From Alloascoidea hylecoeti (Eukaryota), in assembly GCA_001600815.1 (NCBI GenBank), contig BCKZ01000002.1:1372294-1436293 (forward strand): a DNA stretch of 64,000 nt, in the 5' to 3' direction. Shown in pieces: positions 1 through 11,898 of this stretch; within the stretch, counting starts at the first letter, position 1; the number at the start of each line of letters is the position of its first letter. The notes below the pieces were generated by a model. That model saw only the letters and a program-made list of their open reading frames with translations, had not been told where the DNA came from and made no database searches. Made by a program: the position numbers and the translations under genes.

Positions 1-1191
1 TTTATTTATGAAAAAGATTTAAAAGAATTTGAAGATTTAAATAATAATAAATTAGAAATTGGACAAGATGATGATGATGCAATACAAACTTTTAATTTAA
101 ATAAATTGGTTATTGAAAATGAAATTGAAAAACATTATTTAGAAAAGAAAAGAAAAAGAATGAGATGGTTAACTCAAATTGTTGAATATTATCCATTAAA
201 CAAATTAATTGATTTATCTATTGAAAAGTTATCAGATGCATATTATAACGATGAAAATTCTAAAAATGAATTGAAAGAAGTTGAAGATAAAGAAACAGAG
301 CCTTCTATTTCTAGTAAACCTTCTATAGGTGCTATTTCATCAATGACATCAATAACAAGCACATTTATCGAAAAGAAAGGACAAATTTCACTTGTTGGTT
401 CAGGTCCTGGATCAGTTTCACTATTAACAATTGGAGCATTATCAGCTATAAATTCAGCAGATTTAATATTAGCAGATAAATTAGTCCCATCAGAAATTCT
501 TTCATTAATTCCAAAAAATACTGAAACATTCATTGCAAGGAAATTTCCAGGAAATGCAGAAGCAGCACAACAAGAATTATTATCAATTGGTTTAGAAGCA
601 TTAAAAAAAGGTAAAAAAATAGTACGATTAAAACAAGGTGATCCATATATTTTTGGTCGTGGAGCAGAAGAATATAATTTTTTTAATGAACATGGTTTTA
701 AACCAATAGTTATAGCAGGTGTTACTTCTGCTTTATCAGCACCGATTGTTGCTAATATACCGGCTACACATCGTCAAGTAGCTGATCAAGTGTTGATTTG
801 TACAGGAACGGGTAGAAAAGGAGCATTACCTGATTTCCCAGAACATGTAGTTACACGAACTACAGTTTTCTTAATGGCATTACATAGGATTGAAAAATTA
901 ATTAATGAACTTGTTGGAATTAAAAAATGGGATGAAAATTTACCATGTTGTGTTGTTGAAAGAGCATCATGTCATGATCAAAGAATAATACGAACAAGTC
1001 TGAAGAATGTCGTTGAGGCCGTTGAAGTGCTTGGTAGTAGACCTCCTGGATTGTTGATAACCGGATGGGCATGTCAAGTTATTGAGAAGAAGGGACAAGA
1101 AGGTTTGAAATGGACTGTTGAAGAAGGTTTGGGGCATCGGACTGTTCATGGACCAGATGTTAATTTACTTCATGTTTTATCTTCCATATAA
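1..1191 (+). CDS. MET1: Uroporphyrinogen-III C-methyltransferase (siroheme synthesis), 5'-truncated by the window edge
   Basis: Frame is open from base 1. Tetrapyrrole methylase motifs are present: LVGSGPGSVSLLTIGA, RLKQGDPYIFGRGAEE, AGVTSALSAP. Confidence 0.92.
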   Translation, partial: FIYEKDLKEFEDLNNNKLEIGQDDDDAIQTFNLNKLVIENEIEKHYLEKKRKRMRWLTQIVEYYPLNKLIDLSIEKLSDAYYNDENSKNELKEVEDKETEPSISSKPSIGAISSMTSITSTFIEKKGQISLVGSGPGSVSLLTIGALSAINSADLILADKLVPSEILSLIPKNTETFIARKFPGNAEAAQQELLSIGLEALKKGKKIVRLKQGDPYIFGRGAEEYNFFNEHGFKPIVIAGVTSALSAPIVANIPATHRQVADQVLICTGTGRKGALPDFPEHVVTRTTVFLMALHRIEKLINELVGIKKWDENLPCCVVERASCHDQRIIRTSLKNVVEAVEVLGSRPPGLLITGWACQVIEKKGQEGLKWTVEEGLGHRTVHGPDVNLLHVLSSI

Positions 1192-1620
1192 TTTTACTTA
1201 GCTAAGCATATTATAGCCACTTCAAGATTATGTTTTTTTAGACACTAGTTAGACATAGACACTGGTGTAAGTATACATGTATATAATGTTATGAAATATA
1301 TTTATAATTTCAAATTAATGGATTCATCGATATCGATATCAACATATAGGTATACCGATTGTAACTTTTGTAAAAATTTGTATTTTCGCTTGGATCAGTC
1401 GTTAGTGCACTATTTGTATATTTAATACAATTTATGGTACGGAAGGCTCCAATGAGAAAACTATCTACTGCCAGACTTCAGATCTAGATCAGAGTCGTTA
1501 TTGGATTCGTTATCTTTGTTGTTTCCTTTAGTATTATCCTACTATTCATAGTCTCATCACTCGCCTTGGGGTTTCTTATTTAGTCTCTTACTTTGATGTC
1601 TCTAGATTTGAAGCCGTTCC

Positions 1621-2470
1621 TCCTCAATACTTTTAACTGTTCTTAAAATGGTGCACAATGTTCCGTAGACATTAAAGATTCAGTCAGTGCCTTATATGAA
1701 TTTATGAAATGACATTTTAAGTTTAGTATTTAGTGTTAAAGTCATTAACGTCTTAAACGGCTACCATTCTACGGGTCGGAGAATGGAGTTAATCAGATTA
1801 TCGATGATATGATGATGATGATATGATCCATGAGGTCCTAATATTTTGAGAGCGGCATAAATAATAGATCTTCGTATCCGTGGAAGGATCATAAATGATG
1901 AACTTTTTTGAGGATATTTCGAATTCACATGTGGTCAATTGGATTCAGGTCCGATGAATAAGGCGGCCACTCTAGCAGGTTTATCTCCTTGTCATGAAAC
2001 CAAATCATCGTCGTCATCTCAGCTTTATGGATAAGTGTGTTTAATGTGTTATCGTGCCTGCATGTAAGACCCCTCGGAAATCTCACGATTCCAGAAGTTT
2101 TATAGGAACGTGCGATGGTTATCACCAATCACATGCAATAAGACTTACAGACCCGAAATTTTATATTAGAAATATTTTGAGATTTGAAGGCCTGGTCTGA
2201 CTGTTATCAAGTGTATACTTTTACAGATTCGGAACCTCTAACCGAACATCGTCATTAAATAAAACACCATCGATATCCCAGACGTCATGAGACTCCGGTC
2301 TATATTTAGAACATATCTTTTTGCTCATTTGATTCTTCTAATTTAGATAAGACCTTTCACATGCTGAGAATGTTCCATATTCATTAATATTCTTATCAGA
2401 AGGGTTGTTCGGTGGTCTTTGATATTACGTTGTTGAACTTTGAAGCCAAATAACCAAACGAATTCAAAGG
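1621..2470 (-). mobile_element. Degenerate Tc1/mariner transposon (copy A)
   Basis: Minus-strand peptide LLEWPPYSSDLNPIDHM matches the Tc1 WPxxSPDLNPIE motif. VWDIDGVLFNDD near 2250-2290 resembles the first catalytic-Asp region (W..V.FSDE). Colinear similarity to 52356-52900. Ends approximate. Confidence 0.8.
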
Positions 2471-2848
2471 GGAAGTTTTTAAAATCTTTAGAATTTGATT
2501 TATCGCGAAGTAAGTTTTTTAGGCCCTGTTGATAACAGAAGAACGAACTGTTTGTATATTTCTTTACAGGTGAACCACACAGTTTTAAGGGTTATTTTGG
2601 TAATTATACTAATAAGTTCCTGCTGCTTGGTCAGATTAGATATTACAATCCGCTTAATTTGTTGAAATGTCTTTTTATAATTACAATTATCTTAAATCCA
2701 GAAGTCGTTCTATTGTATTTAAAAAGACGTTTTTTTTTTTTTTTTTTTTTAGGAGGGTGTAAGTGTAATCGATACCCGGATGTAATACTGGAGTAAATTC
2801 AAATTTAAACTCTCTTCCTTACCATCATATATATATAAGAATAATACA

Positions 2849-3708
2849 ATGATAAAGTATGGTATACGACGTTTCAACACAGCAAGTTATTTCCAATCAC
2901 CAACTTCTTTAAGTTCAAGTTTGAAAAAAAAAATTGCATTTGCATTTGATATTGATGGAGTTTTAATACGTGGATCTAAACCATTAATTGAAGCCACAAA
3001 AGCATTAAATTTATTAAATCAAAATGATATTCCTTTCATTTTATTAACAAATGGTGGAGGTAAATTAGAAATTGAAAGAACTAATGAATTATCAAAAAAA
3101 TTAAATATAATGATATCAAAAGATCAAATTATTCAATCTCATACACCTTTTAAAAATTTAATTAATAATTTTAAAAATGTTTTAATTATTGGTGGAACAG
3201 ATGAAAATGATAAAACTCGTAATGTTGCAAAAAATTATGGATTTAAAAATGTTATTAGAACAATTGATATAATTAAAAATAATTCAAAAATTTGGCCATT
3301 TCATAGATTTACTTTTGAACAATTGAATGAAATTAAATTTCAAGAAATTCCAAAAATTGATTGTATATTAGTTTTTAATGATTCAAGAGATTTAGGATGT
3401 GATTTACAAATTATATTAGATTTATTAATTTCAAAAGATGGGAATTTAGGAACAAGGAAATCAAAATTTGAAATTAATAAAATGTTAGAACCAAGTATAC
3501 CAATTTTTTTTTCAAATGGGGATTTTTTATGGGCAAATGATTATCCAATACCAAGATTTGGTCAAGGTGCGTTAATTACAGTTGTTGAACAATTATATAG
3601 ACAAATTACTGGAGGTAAAATTTTACAAAAAACGGTTATTGGGAAACCAGAAAGGTTAACATATCAATATGCTTTACAATTTTTACGTCAATGGTCTTCA
3701 AAATCATC

Positions 3709-3752
<44 letters not shown>

Positions 3753-3991
3753 TAATTGGAAATGTAAATGAAGAAGATACAACATCACCATTTGATAAAA
3801 TTTATATGATTGGAGATAATCCATATTCAGATATAATTGGAGCAAATAAATTTGGATGGGAATCAATACTTGTTAGAACAGGAGTTTTTAAAGATGAAGA
3901 TTTACCATATCTTTCACAAGAATTAAAACCTAAATTAATTTATGATAATGTATTTGATGCTGTTGATCATATTGTTAAAAGTAATAAATAG
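2849..3991 (+). CDS. HAD-superfamily subclass IIA hydrolase (YKR070W/HDHD5-like), probably mitochondrial
   Basis: Motifs FDIDGVL, LLTNGGG, GKP and MIGDNPYSDIIGA. Arg/Ser-rich N-terminus. Internal (TCA)n poly-Ser tract. Confidence 0.88.
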
Positions 3992-4731
3992 TTACATTAT
4001 AATTTACATTATTAGTTATAAAATCTCATGATCATTTTGATTTACAAGTTATCTGAATTGAATTGCACAATATTATAAATTAAATCAGATTCTATTGGCT
4101 GTGTAAATTGAAAATTTAAAGAAACGATAGATAAATTATAAAAAAAAAACACCAAGTTTAAAGATTTAATAATAAAATAATATAAACAAACAATACAATT
4201 AATTGTAAACAAAACAACCAAAATCAATCACAATCAAATATTGATGTATCAAAATCAAAAATCTCAAATATTGATAATGATAAATCAAAATATATATAAA
4301 AACAAATAATAAATAGGCAGCTATGTATAAAATAAAATCACAAAATTATACAAATATACATTAATAATCACAAGGACACCATAAAAAAAAGAAAAAAAAA
4401 GAAAAAAAAAGAAACAACGATTGCAATTTATAACAAAAAGTTGTAAACACCAAAGTAAGTAAATAAAAGAATAGTCACAAGAAGATTATAAAAATCTAAT
4501 CACCGCGAGACATACCCCATGTCTCAAATAATCAAATTTCAATTCAAATTTCAATTCAAAATATCAAAATGATTGAAATATGTGTGTAGTAGTATATATG
4601 CTTTATAAATATAAAACCTTTATATGGAAAAAAAAATTATATATGGATATTAATGATAGGTAAAATATGTTGTAAATATGTTATCAGACTTTAATTTGTT
4701 TTGTTGATAAAGTTAAACGGAAAGTGAGTGG

Positions 4732-4816
4732 AATCAATCAATCTCAATCAATCTCAATCAATCTCAATAAATAAAATAAAATAAAATAAAATATAATAAA
4801 ATAAAATAAAATAAAA
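4732..4816. repeat. Simple repeats (AATCAATCTC)n followed by (AAATA)n
   Basis: Directly visible in the convergent intergenic region. Confidence 0.8.
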
Positions 4817-4883
4817 TGAGGTTAATAATTTAAAAAGAATTCCATTCCATTCACAGAAAGAATTCCTATAAATATTTGTTGAT

Positions 4884-6380
4884 TTAAAAAGAACTCCAAT
4901 TCCAATCAGTTGGAACTAAAGAGTTTCCTCTAACACGAAAAGATTGTTGTTGTTGCTGTAATTTTTGTTGTTGTTGTTGATAAGGATTAATTTCATTAAA
5001 ACTTTTATTATCATCATCATCTGAAGAATCAATTTCATTTTCATTTTCATTTTCATTTTCATTTTCAAAATTTAAAGAATATGAAGAAGATTTTAAATTT
5101 AAATTTGAATTTAAATTTGCAAAATATAAATCAGTTTGTAATTTTAAATTAGCAGATTCTTGTTTTTCATAATCACTAAAACAAGAATCACAACATTTTT
5201 CTAAATAAATATCATCATTATCATCATCATCATCTTGAATATCTTGATAATTTGTTGAAAATATAAAATTTGAATTTTTATTTAATTTAATATAATTTGA
5301 AACATGATTTGAACAAAAAATATTACCACATTTTCTACAATGATGTTTTCTTATTAAGAAATTAAATATATTATTACAATTTGAATTTGAGCATTTTAAA
5401 ACTTTTGAATCTTTAATCCAATGATCATTTTTTAGTGATGATGGTGATGATGATGATGATGATGATGATAATGATAATGATAATGATATTGAAGATAAAA
5501 ATTTATTTTTTAAAGAACTTGTAGATTGAATTTTTCTTGCTATATGTATTTGATTTTGAGGGAATTGTGATTTTAGATTATAAGTTGACCAATTTTTATC
5601 ATGATTTGAACGTAATACAACGGGAAAAAACATTGGATTTTTTAAACCATGCAATTGACGAGGAACAGATTCCAAAGTTTCAAAAGTTGAAGATGAATTT
5701 GAATTTGAATTTGAATTTGAATTAGAATTTGAATTTGAATTTGAATTTGAATTTGAAGATAAGTTTGAATTTGAAGATAAATTCGAAACAGAACTTGAAT
5801 GACGATAATTTGAAGGAGTATTTAAAGGAGAGTGAGGAGCGGAAAAACAAGATCTCAGTTGTTTGACCGAGTCTCTTCTTAATTTTAACGGATCTCTTGA
5901 AAAAGATTGGGATTTTTGTTTCTTCAACAGAGAGAAGTCAGCTTCTGCCAGTTTGAAGTTGGATGTATGGTTGGAAGAACAAGAGGAGGACGCGGATTCC
6001 AAGGAGATAATGACATTAGTTGGGTTTGGAGGGGGGATTTCGCCATCAAAGGGCTTAACTTTTCCGATTTCGATCTGCGAGCCCGATTGGGACAATTGCA
6101 GCTGGGGATGGGTGGGTTTTCTGGGCAGATCGTGGGGGTTTGAGTGGGAGGCAGCCAGCGATAGCGCAGACGATTTGGGCGAACAAAAGGGAACGACCTC
6201 CCGCTTGGAAAAATCCAGCTGCTGCCGAGGGGCTGCGGAGCGCGCGCGGGGCTGTTTGGAGGAGGAGCCTGCGGAGAGCGGCGGGGAGGTGGTCTGGGAG
6301 GAGGCGCGCGAGGGCTGGGAGACGCGGGAGGCGCGGGAGGCGCGCGAGGCTTGGGAGGCTGTTTGGGACGACGAGCTCAT
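4884..6380 (-). CDS. PIB2: FYVE-domain TORC1 activator Pib2
   Basis: FYVE motifs WIKD and RKHHCRKCGNIFC. C-terminal tail VPTDWNWSSF matches the conserved Pib2 tail motif. Ser-rich N-terminus. Confidence 0.85.
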   Translation of the reverse strand: MSSSSQTASQASRASRASRVSQPSRASSQTTSPPLSAGSSSKQPRARSAAPRQQLDFSKREVVPFCSPKSSALSLAASHSNPHDLPRKPTHPQLQLSQSGSQIEIGKVKPFDGEIPPPNPTNVIISLESASSSCSSNHTSNFKLAEADFSLLKKQKSQSFSRDPLKLRRDSVKQLRSCFSAPHSPLNTPSNYRHSSSVSNLSSNSNLSSNSNSNSNSNSNSNSNSNSNSSSTFETLESVPRQLHGLKNPMFFPVVLRSNHDKNWSTYNLKSQFPQNQIHIARKIQSTSSLKNKFLSSISLSLSLSSSSSSSSPSSLKNDHWIKDSKVLKCSNSNCNNIFNFLIRKHHCRKCGNIFCSNHVSNYIKLNKNSNFIFSTNYQDIQDDDDDNDDIYLEKCCDSCFSDYEKQESANLKLQTDLYFANLNSNLNLKSSSYSLNFENENENENENEIDSSDDDDNKSFNEINPYQQQQQKLQQQQQSFRVRGNSLVPTDWNWSSF

Positions 6381-6574
6381 TGTCGGTGGAGTGGGGGTTG
6401 GAAAGCAGAAGCGGAAGCAGAAGCAACTGTGTGTGCCCGGGGTGCCCGGGGTGCCCGGTGCCTGTGCCCGGGTGTGTGGGTGTACACACCCCTGCTATCT
6501 CCTGGCACATGCATACTACTGCCTGCACATGCATACTCCTGCCTGCCTGATTGGTTTTGGCGCACTACTTATTT

Positions 6575-8134
6575 ATGGTGCTCGCTGCCTCTTTTTCCAC
6601 ATTGATGCTCTCTCTCTCTCTCGGAAAAGAAGACTCTGCGCTCTCGTACTCCTACCTCTCCTTCCTCACTCTGGAGGCCGTCGTCGAGGTCGTCTTCGTC
6701 TGCCTCGCGGGCTTCCTCGCCACCAAGACGGGCCTGCTTCCGGCGTCCGCCCAAAAACACATTTCCAGGCTCAACGTTGATCTTTTCACTCCGGCTCTTA
6801 TCTTCTCGAAGTTGGCTCCCTCCCTGTCCTTCAGGAAGCTCATCGAGATTGCGATCATTCCAATCTTCTACGCCATAACCACCGGCGTCTCCTACATATG
6901 TGCTAAGATCACAAGCAGGTGTCTGCGTCTGAACAAGAGAGAATCCAACTTTGTCATTGCCATGTCCGTATTTGGCAATTCCAACTCCCTGCCGGTTTCT
7001 CTGACTGTTGCTCTTTCTTACACTTTACCTGTGCTGGCTTGGGAAGACCTGGATGACGATACTCCTGATAAAGTAGCCTCTCGTGGTATCTTATACCTGC
7101 TGATCTTTCAACAATTAGGTCAAGTTTTAAGATGGTCATGGGGTTATAACACTTTATTATGCAAGCCAACGCCATCGGATTTACCCTTGCCTCAGTTTCA
7201 AATCGATGAAGAAAGTCAACTACAACATCATCAAAATGACAATGAAAATGAAAATGAAGATGACCAGAATAGATTATCTTCTCATTCTTCTTCAACTACA
7301 ATATCTTCTACTTCAAATTTGTCTGCTTCAAACAGAAATAATTTAAGTCGCCTAAGTATGCAGACAGCTGTCGGCAATGAAATTATTAATTATACTGGTC
7401 CCAAAGATAAGCAATTACATTCAAATTCACAAATAGAATTTGAAGTAGATGATCATCAAAATAACAATGAACTTGAAAATGAAAATGCTGATGACATGTT
7501 ATTATTACATCCATCTATCAGTAATTCATCTTTACAACCAACTCTATTAACACTTATTAAAAATAATTCAATTTCTTGTTTCAACAGTTTCATGTCTTTT
7601 ATGAATCCTCCACTTTGGGCAATGTTAGCCTCCGTTATGATTGCTTCAATTTCTCCTTTACAAAGAGAATTCTTTGAAAATAATGGTTTTATACAACATA
7701 CTTTAAGTTCTGCCATTAAACAATTAGGTGGTGTTTCAATTCCTTTAATTTTAGTAATTTTGGGTAGTAATTTAGTACCTGAAGTTGGAAAAATTAAAAG
7801 TCAAAATTATAAAAAAATTGTTTTTGGTTCATTAATTTCAAGAATGATTTTACCATCATTAATTTTATTACCATTAATTGCAATTTGTGTTAGATATATA
7901 CCAATTTCAATATTAGATGATCCAATTTTTTTATTAGTATCATTTATATTAACTATTTCTCCTCCTGCTATTCAATTATCTCAAATTTGTCAATTAAATG
8001 AAATATTTGAACAAGAAATGGCTGGTGTATTATTTTGGGGTTATGTTGTTTTAACTTTACCAATAACTATTCTTATTGTTGTTTCAAGTTTAGAAGTTTT
8101 AGATTGGGCTAAAAGTGCTCAACTTGGACATTGA
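6575..8134 (+). CDS. Auxin-efflux-carrier (Mem_trans) family membrane protein, YBR287W-like
   Basis: Motifs FGNSNSLPVSL, VASRGILYLLIFQQLGQVLRWSWGYN, MNPPLWAM and PPAIQLSQI. First in-frame ATG is at 6575; the ORF track starts at an upstream TTG. Confidence 0.85.
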   Translation: MVLAASFSTLMLSLSLGKEDSALSYSYLSFLTLEAVVEVVFVCLAGFLATKTGLLPASAQKHISRLNVDLFTPALIFSKLAPSLSFRKLIEIAIIPIFYAITTGVSYICAKITSRCLRLNKRESNFVIAMSVFGNSNSLPVSLTVALSYTLPVLAWEDLDDDTPDKVASRGILYLLIFQQLGQVLRWSWGYNTLLCKPTPSDLPLPQFQIDEESQLQHHQNDNENENEDDQNRLSSHSSSTTISSTSNLSASNRNNLSRLSMQTAVGNEIINYTGPKDKQLHSNSQIEFEVDDHQNNNELENENADDMLLLHPSISNSSLQPTLLTLIKNNSISCFNSFMSFMNPPLWAMLASVMIASISPLQREFFENNGFIQHTLSSAIKQLGGVSIPLILVILGSNLVPEVGKIKSQNYKKIVFGSLISRMILPSLILLPLIAICVRYIPISILDDPIFLLVSFILTISPPAIQLSQICQLNEIFEQEMAGVLFWGYVVLTLPITILIVVSSLEVLDWAKSAQLGH

Positions 8135-8629
8135 TCTTTCTCAATATTTATACATCCCCCCCCCCCCCCCCCCTCTCATACTACAATATTGATCTTTATA
8201 AGTATACTACTCTATCTATGTTACTCTTTCGTTGATTATTATTAATTAGAAGATTGTTAGATATTCATTATTTCATTATTTCATTATTCATAATTCATAA
8301 TTATATATAAAACTTAAATAATTTATAAAAAATTAAAAAAGATTGGCTTAAATTTAAAAGTTTTCATTGTTCAACTTTAATTATAATATTATATAATACT
8401 TAAGTTGGGTTATTTAAGGAAATATCGGATTTAAAAAAAAAAAACATATAACTTTGATGAACTATTATATTAAATTTGTTCTTTTCACGCTGGCATTTTC
8501 AAGGATTATTATGATGATTTAGGTTAATTTCAACAAAGCCATGGAGAAATTAAACACGTTTCAATGTAAGGCTGGGAAAGTTTGGGTTTTCTAATCTCCA
8601 TCCTCTGACTCCCTTGCATATTAGTATTT

Positions 8630-9090
8630 CGACATGGGTAATCTCATATAAAACTAAAGACTTTAATCCAATCATATTATTTCAATAGTAATATTAATAC
8701 TGTTTTATTTTTATAATAGATCATCATCATATAAAATGTCAAGGACTAGTAGAATATGTATCTACTTAAGTAGTCATGAGCCAAAATTCAATATCCAATC
8801 ATGTTGAATTAATAACAGATTTATTATATTCTTTTAATTAGATAAGGTAATAATATCACAAGAAACTAGCACTAATTGTATACAACGCCGCTATAAGATC
8901 TTTCAAAGAGTCATTGGCCAAGAATCTTTAATCTAATCATGTTAACTTAATACCGTTATATTCTTTTAATAGATAAGATATTGATAATGTTACAAGAAAT
9001 AATCTAGCTGTAAAAGCAGTCATGGAGCAAAGATCATATGAATTAATTCAATCATTGTTAATCAATTGAGTTAATAGTACCGTTATTATC
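8630..9090. repeat. Degenerate tandem repeat, about 4 units of roughly 110-140 bp
   Basis: Recurring blocks agtcat(g/t)g..caa, aatcatgtt, ttatattcttttaat, agataag and acaagaaa at about 8770, 8908 and 9018, with a weaker copy near 8630. Confidence 0.6.
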
Positions 9091-10186
9091 TGTCGTAATT
9101 ATGCCGGAGTATATAAAATTAAAAAAGTTATTATGTCATATAAAGACCCGATAGTATAATATTCATACAAGGAATGACGAAGAAATAAACAGGAAAAAAA
9201 AAAAAGAGAACAAATAAGAGATACATAAAAGTATATACACACAATTGCAAACTTCATAATAATCCCAAGATTATGTAGTAGAATGAGTGGTTTTAGCTAA
9301 AAAATAGTATACGTAAAATAAATATGAAATAACATTAATACAAATACAAAGCGCTATTATATAGCAGCTGAATTCTAAGTAAAAAAAAAAAAAAATTGAA
9401 TTGATTAATTTCAAGCTGAGGTAATGTAATAATCGCTTTAATGGTTTCAGACGTGATATTGAATAAATTGTTTTTAAAGAACCTTTTAACCTCGGTAAGG
9501 AAGAGAGATTTCCTTTTCTATATTAATTATTTAATTAATTGACTTAAAATTAATTAAAATGTATTGATAATTTATCATATTTAGGGCCGCGTTTTCTAAT
9601 TTCATTTCGATATATCTTTTTTTTTTAATAACGTTAGTAGCCAATTGCTAAACTGTAACTATAATAATGTTTTTATTTCAATACTACTTTAGATTTAACG
9701 GACTGATGAGCACCTTAAACAATTATCCGGTTTATATCGTTACCTAGCATTGAATAAGTAAAAAAAAAAATCAAAGTAAAAGTTTTAGTGGAAATGGATT
9801 AATGGAATAAAATTAATACGTAAAAGACTCTTATAACACGTGTAGTAGTATACCCAATGACCAATTACCATTAATGAGATAATCATAAATATTACATATA
9901 ATAATCAAGTCCCAAGGCTACCATCAGCTGCAAAATGACATTACATTAGAAACACGAATATGCACTAATGTATGGTATGCATGATTGTTTTGAGATAAAA
10001 ATGCCAATTATTTCCAGTTTAAGTAAGCAATAATCATACATGCATTATTTTAGATGGCTATAGTTTCGTATTGAATATTCAGACAGGGCGCAGATTAAAC
10101 GTATGCGGATCACCAGTGATTCACCACTACAAAATAAAAATGCATAAGTTATATATATGGAGTACTATGACCCTGTATAGAATAGT

Positions 10187-10370
10187 CAACTACTGAGTAC
10201 TCTACCTAGACTTTAAAATGTTCTTAAAGTAGTGCGTAATATTACGTGAATTCTAGATCTATAAAAAAACTTATTTAAATGACATCTTAAGTTTACTATT
10301 TATAATTAGTGTTAGCGCTCTTAATGTCCTAAACTACTGCAACCCTACGAGGGAAGTAGTATACTCTCTA
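10187..10370. mobile_element. Solo terminal fragment of the Tc1-like family
   Basis: ctactgagtactct...tgttcttaaa...aaatgacatcttaagttta.tatt...tagtgtta aligns with 1625-1780 and 52356-52510. Confidence 0.65.
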
Positions 10371-11898
10371 ACTAATATACAGCGAAGTATGATCACTTTT
10401 CCGGTTCCAGAGCCTGTAGCGACCGAATATTTTGAATACAACACCATCCCAAACGTTTTGAGATCACTCCAATCTATAACTATCTATCATTAAGCCATAT
10501 CATTAATTAATATTTCTTTGGTTCTCTCATTCAGAAAAGGCCATTTTAACGCTGAGGATTTTCTATATCTATGTTTTTCTAGAAGGTATTCTAGGATGAG
10601 TCTTTGGTGTAATACCCAAAAAAGAAAGCGTAAGCTTAATATTGAACTGGCTATCCAAATAAAACAGACTAATGCCGTTATGGAGAGCTTATTAACAAGT
10701 GATAACTACAATTCATGAAACAACATGAATGACAAGTCCTAAATTTGACTGATACTTGAATTCTATTTCTAAAAATGACCGATGAAAATAAATAAACTCA
10801 AAAAAAGCTGAATTCCTAGTTTAAATACTTATCATATTTTCCCAAGACATGATACTTCTGAACACAGAAGGTTTGATCAGGACGACGTGAAAGTTCTACA
10901 AACTTTGCGATGCATGTTAGACCCTTTGGAGCAAGGAGAACACGGTTTTGTCTCTAGATCTATATTGGGGGTTAAACCAGAATTTGTAGTGGCTACCAGC
11001 CAGGGGGTACACAATTACAATCGGCAACTTTATGTTAAATAGTTTTCTTAAACTGTATTTATAATTACAGTATTATTAATGGGGTCAATAAAAGTAACAG
11101 TTTAGGATTATTTACTTCAATAGTAGTACAGTTACTTAATCAGTCTCAACTCCTTTAGTTATAAGTCTACATGTAGTATCTAATCAAATCAAAAAATAAA
11201 AACCGTGAACTTCTTGACGCGCTCCGACATACTATTCAGATTCCAGTGTATCCACATATTTATTGATTTCTTCATGTTTGACTTCACCCCATTCTTCAAT
11301 TAAAGCATTTTCCATCTTTTCTGAATTCTCTCTCTATTTCACAACACTTATCTGTCCTTAAGTTTTTGTTTCAAAAGCCTCAGTACGTTTTCTAGTGGAA
11401 TAAAGTCAAGTGCAGTGCGCGCTTATGAACTCTTTTTTAGCTTAAGCCACCAACTTAAGTCCATATACGAGTGCTTTGCAATCATAGGGTGCGGTATTTA
11501 TAGGGTCTATAAAGTTTTTATAAACTGGCAGGGAAGGTTCCCACGCAAAGACATATCTAGTTACAATGTTACACATATTCAACACTCGAAAAACGCTTAT
11601 CTGTAGTTCATTTTTCCAAAAGTTTTAGCTGATATTTCCTAAAAATATCCCTAACAGATACAAATATATTGTTTAGAAGATGAATTACTGGAGATATATT
11701 ATCTTCCTCCTTAGAATAAATAATAGGAACATAAAATATATCAATGTTTCATAGGTTACGTTAATTAATTTTTCTGTAGCAAAACATTACTGAATAGTTT
11801 CCGTATTATTGGAGATACATGTAATATTTTACTTTCTTTTTAATTTAAATTTCATAATAAATCAATGTATTAATAAAAATAAATAAAATACATATAAA

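Noticed and set aside
3636..3866. Poly-Met ORF
   Set aside because: Antisense reading of the (TCA)n poly-Ser tract.
5863..6780. Many overlapping ORFs (305, 159 and 136 aa) around 5.9-6.8 kb
   Set aside because: Antisense or alternate-frame shadows caused by stop-codon scarcity in the GC island. The real genes are PIB2 and the YBR287W-like gene.
8630..9090. CRISPR-like reading of the tandem repeat
   Set aside because: Eukaryotic DNA, long degenerate units, no conserved repeat-spacer structure and no cas genes.
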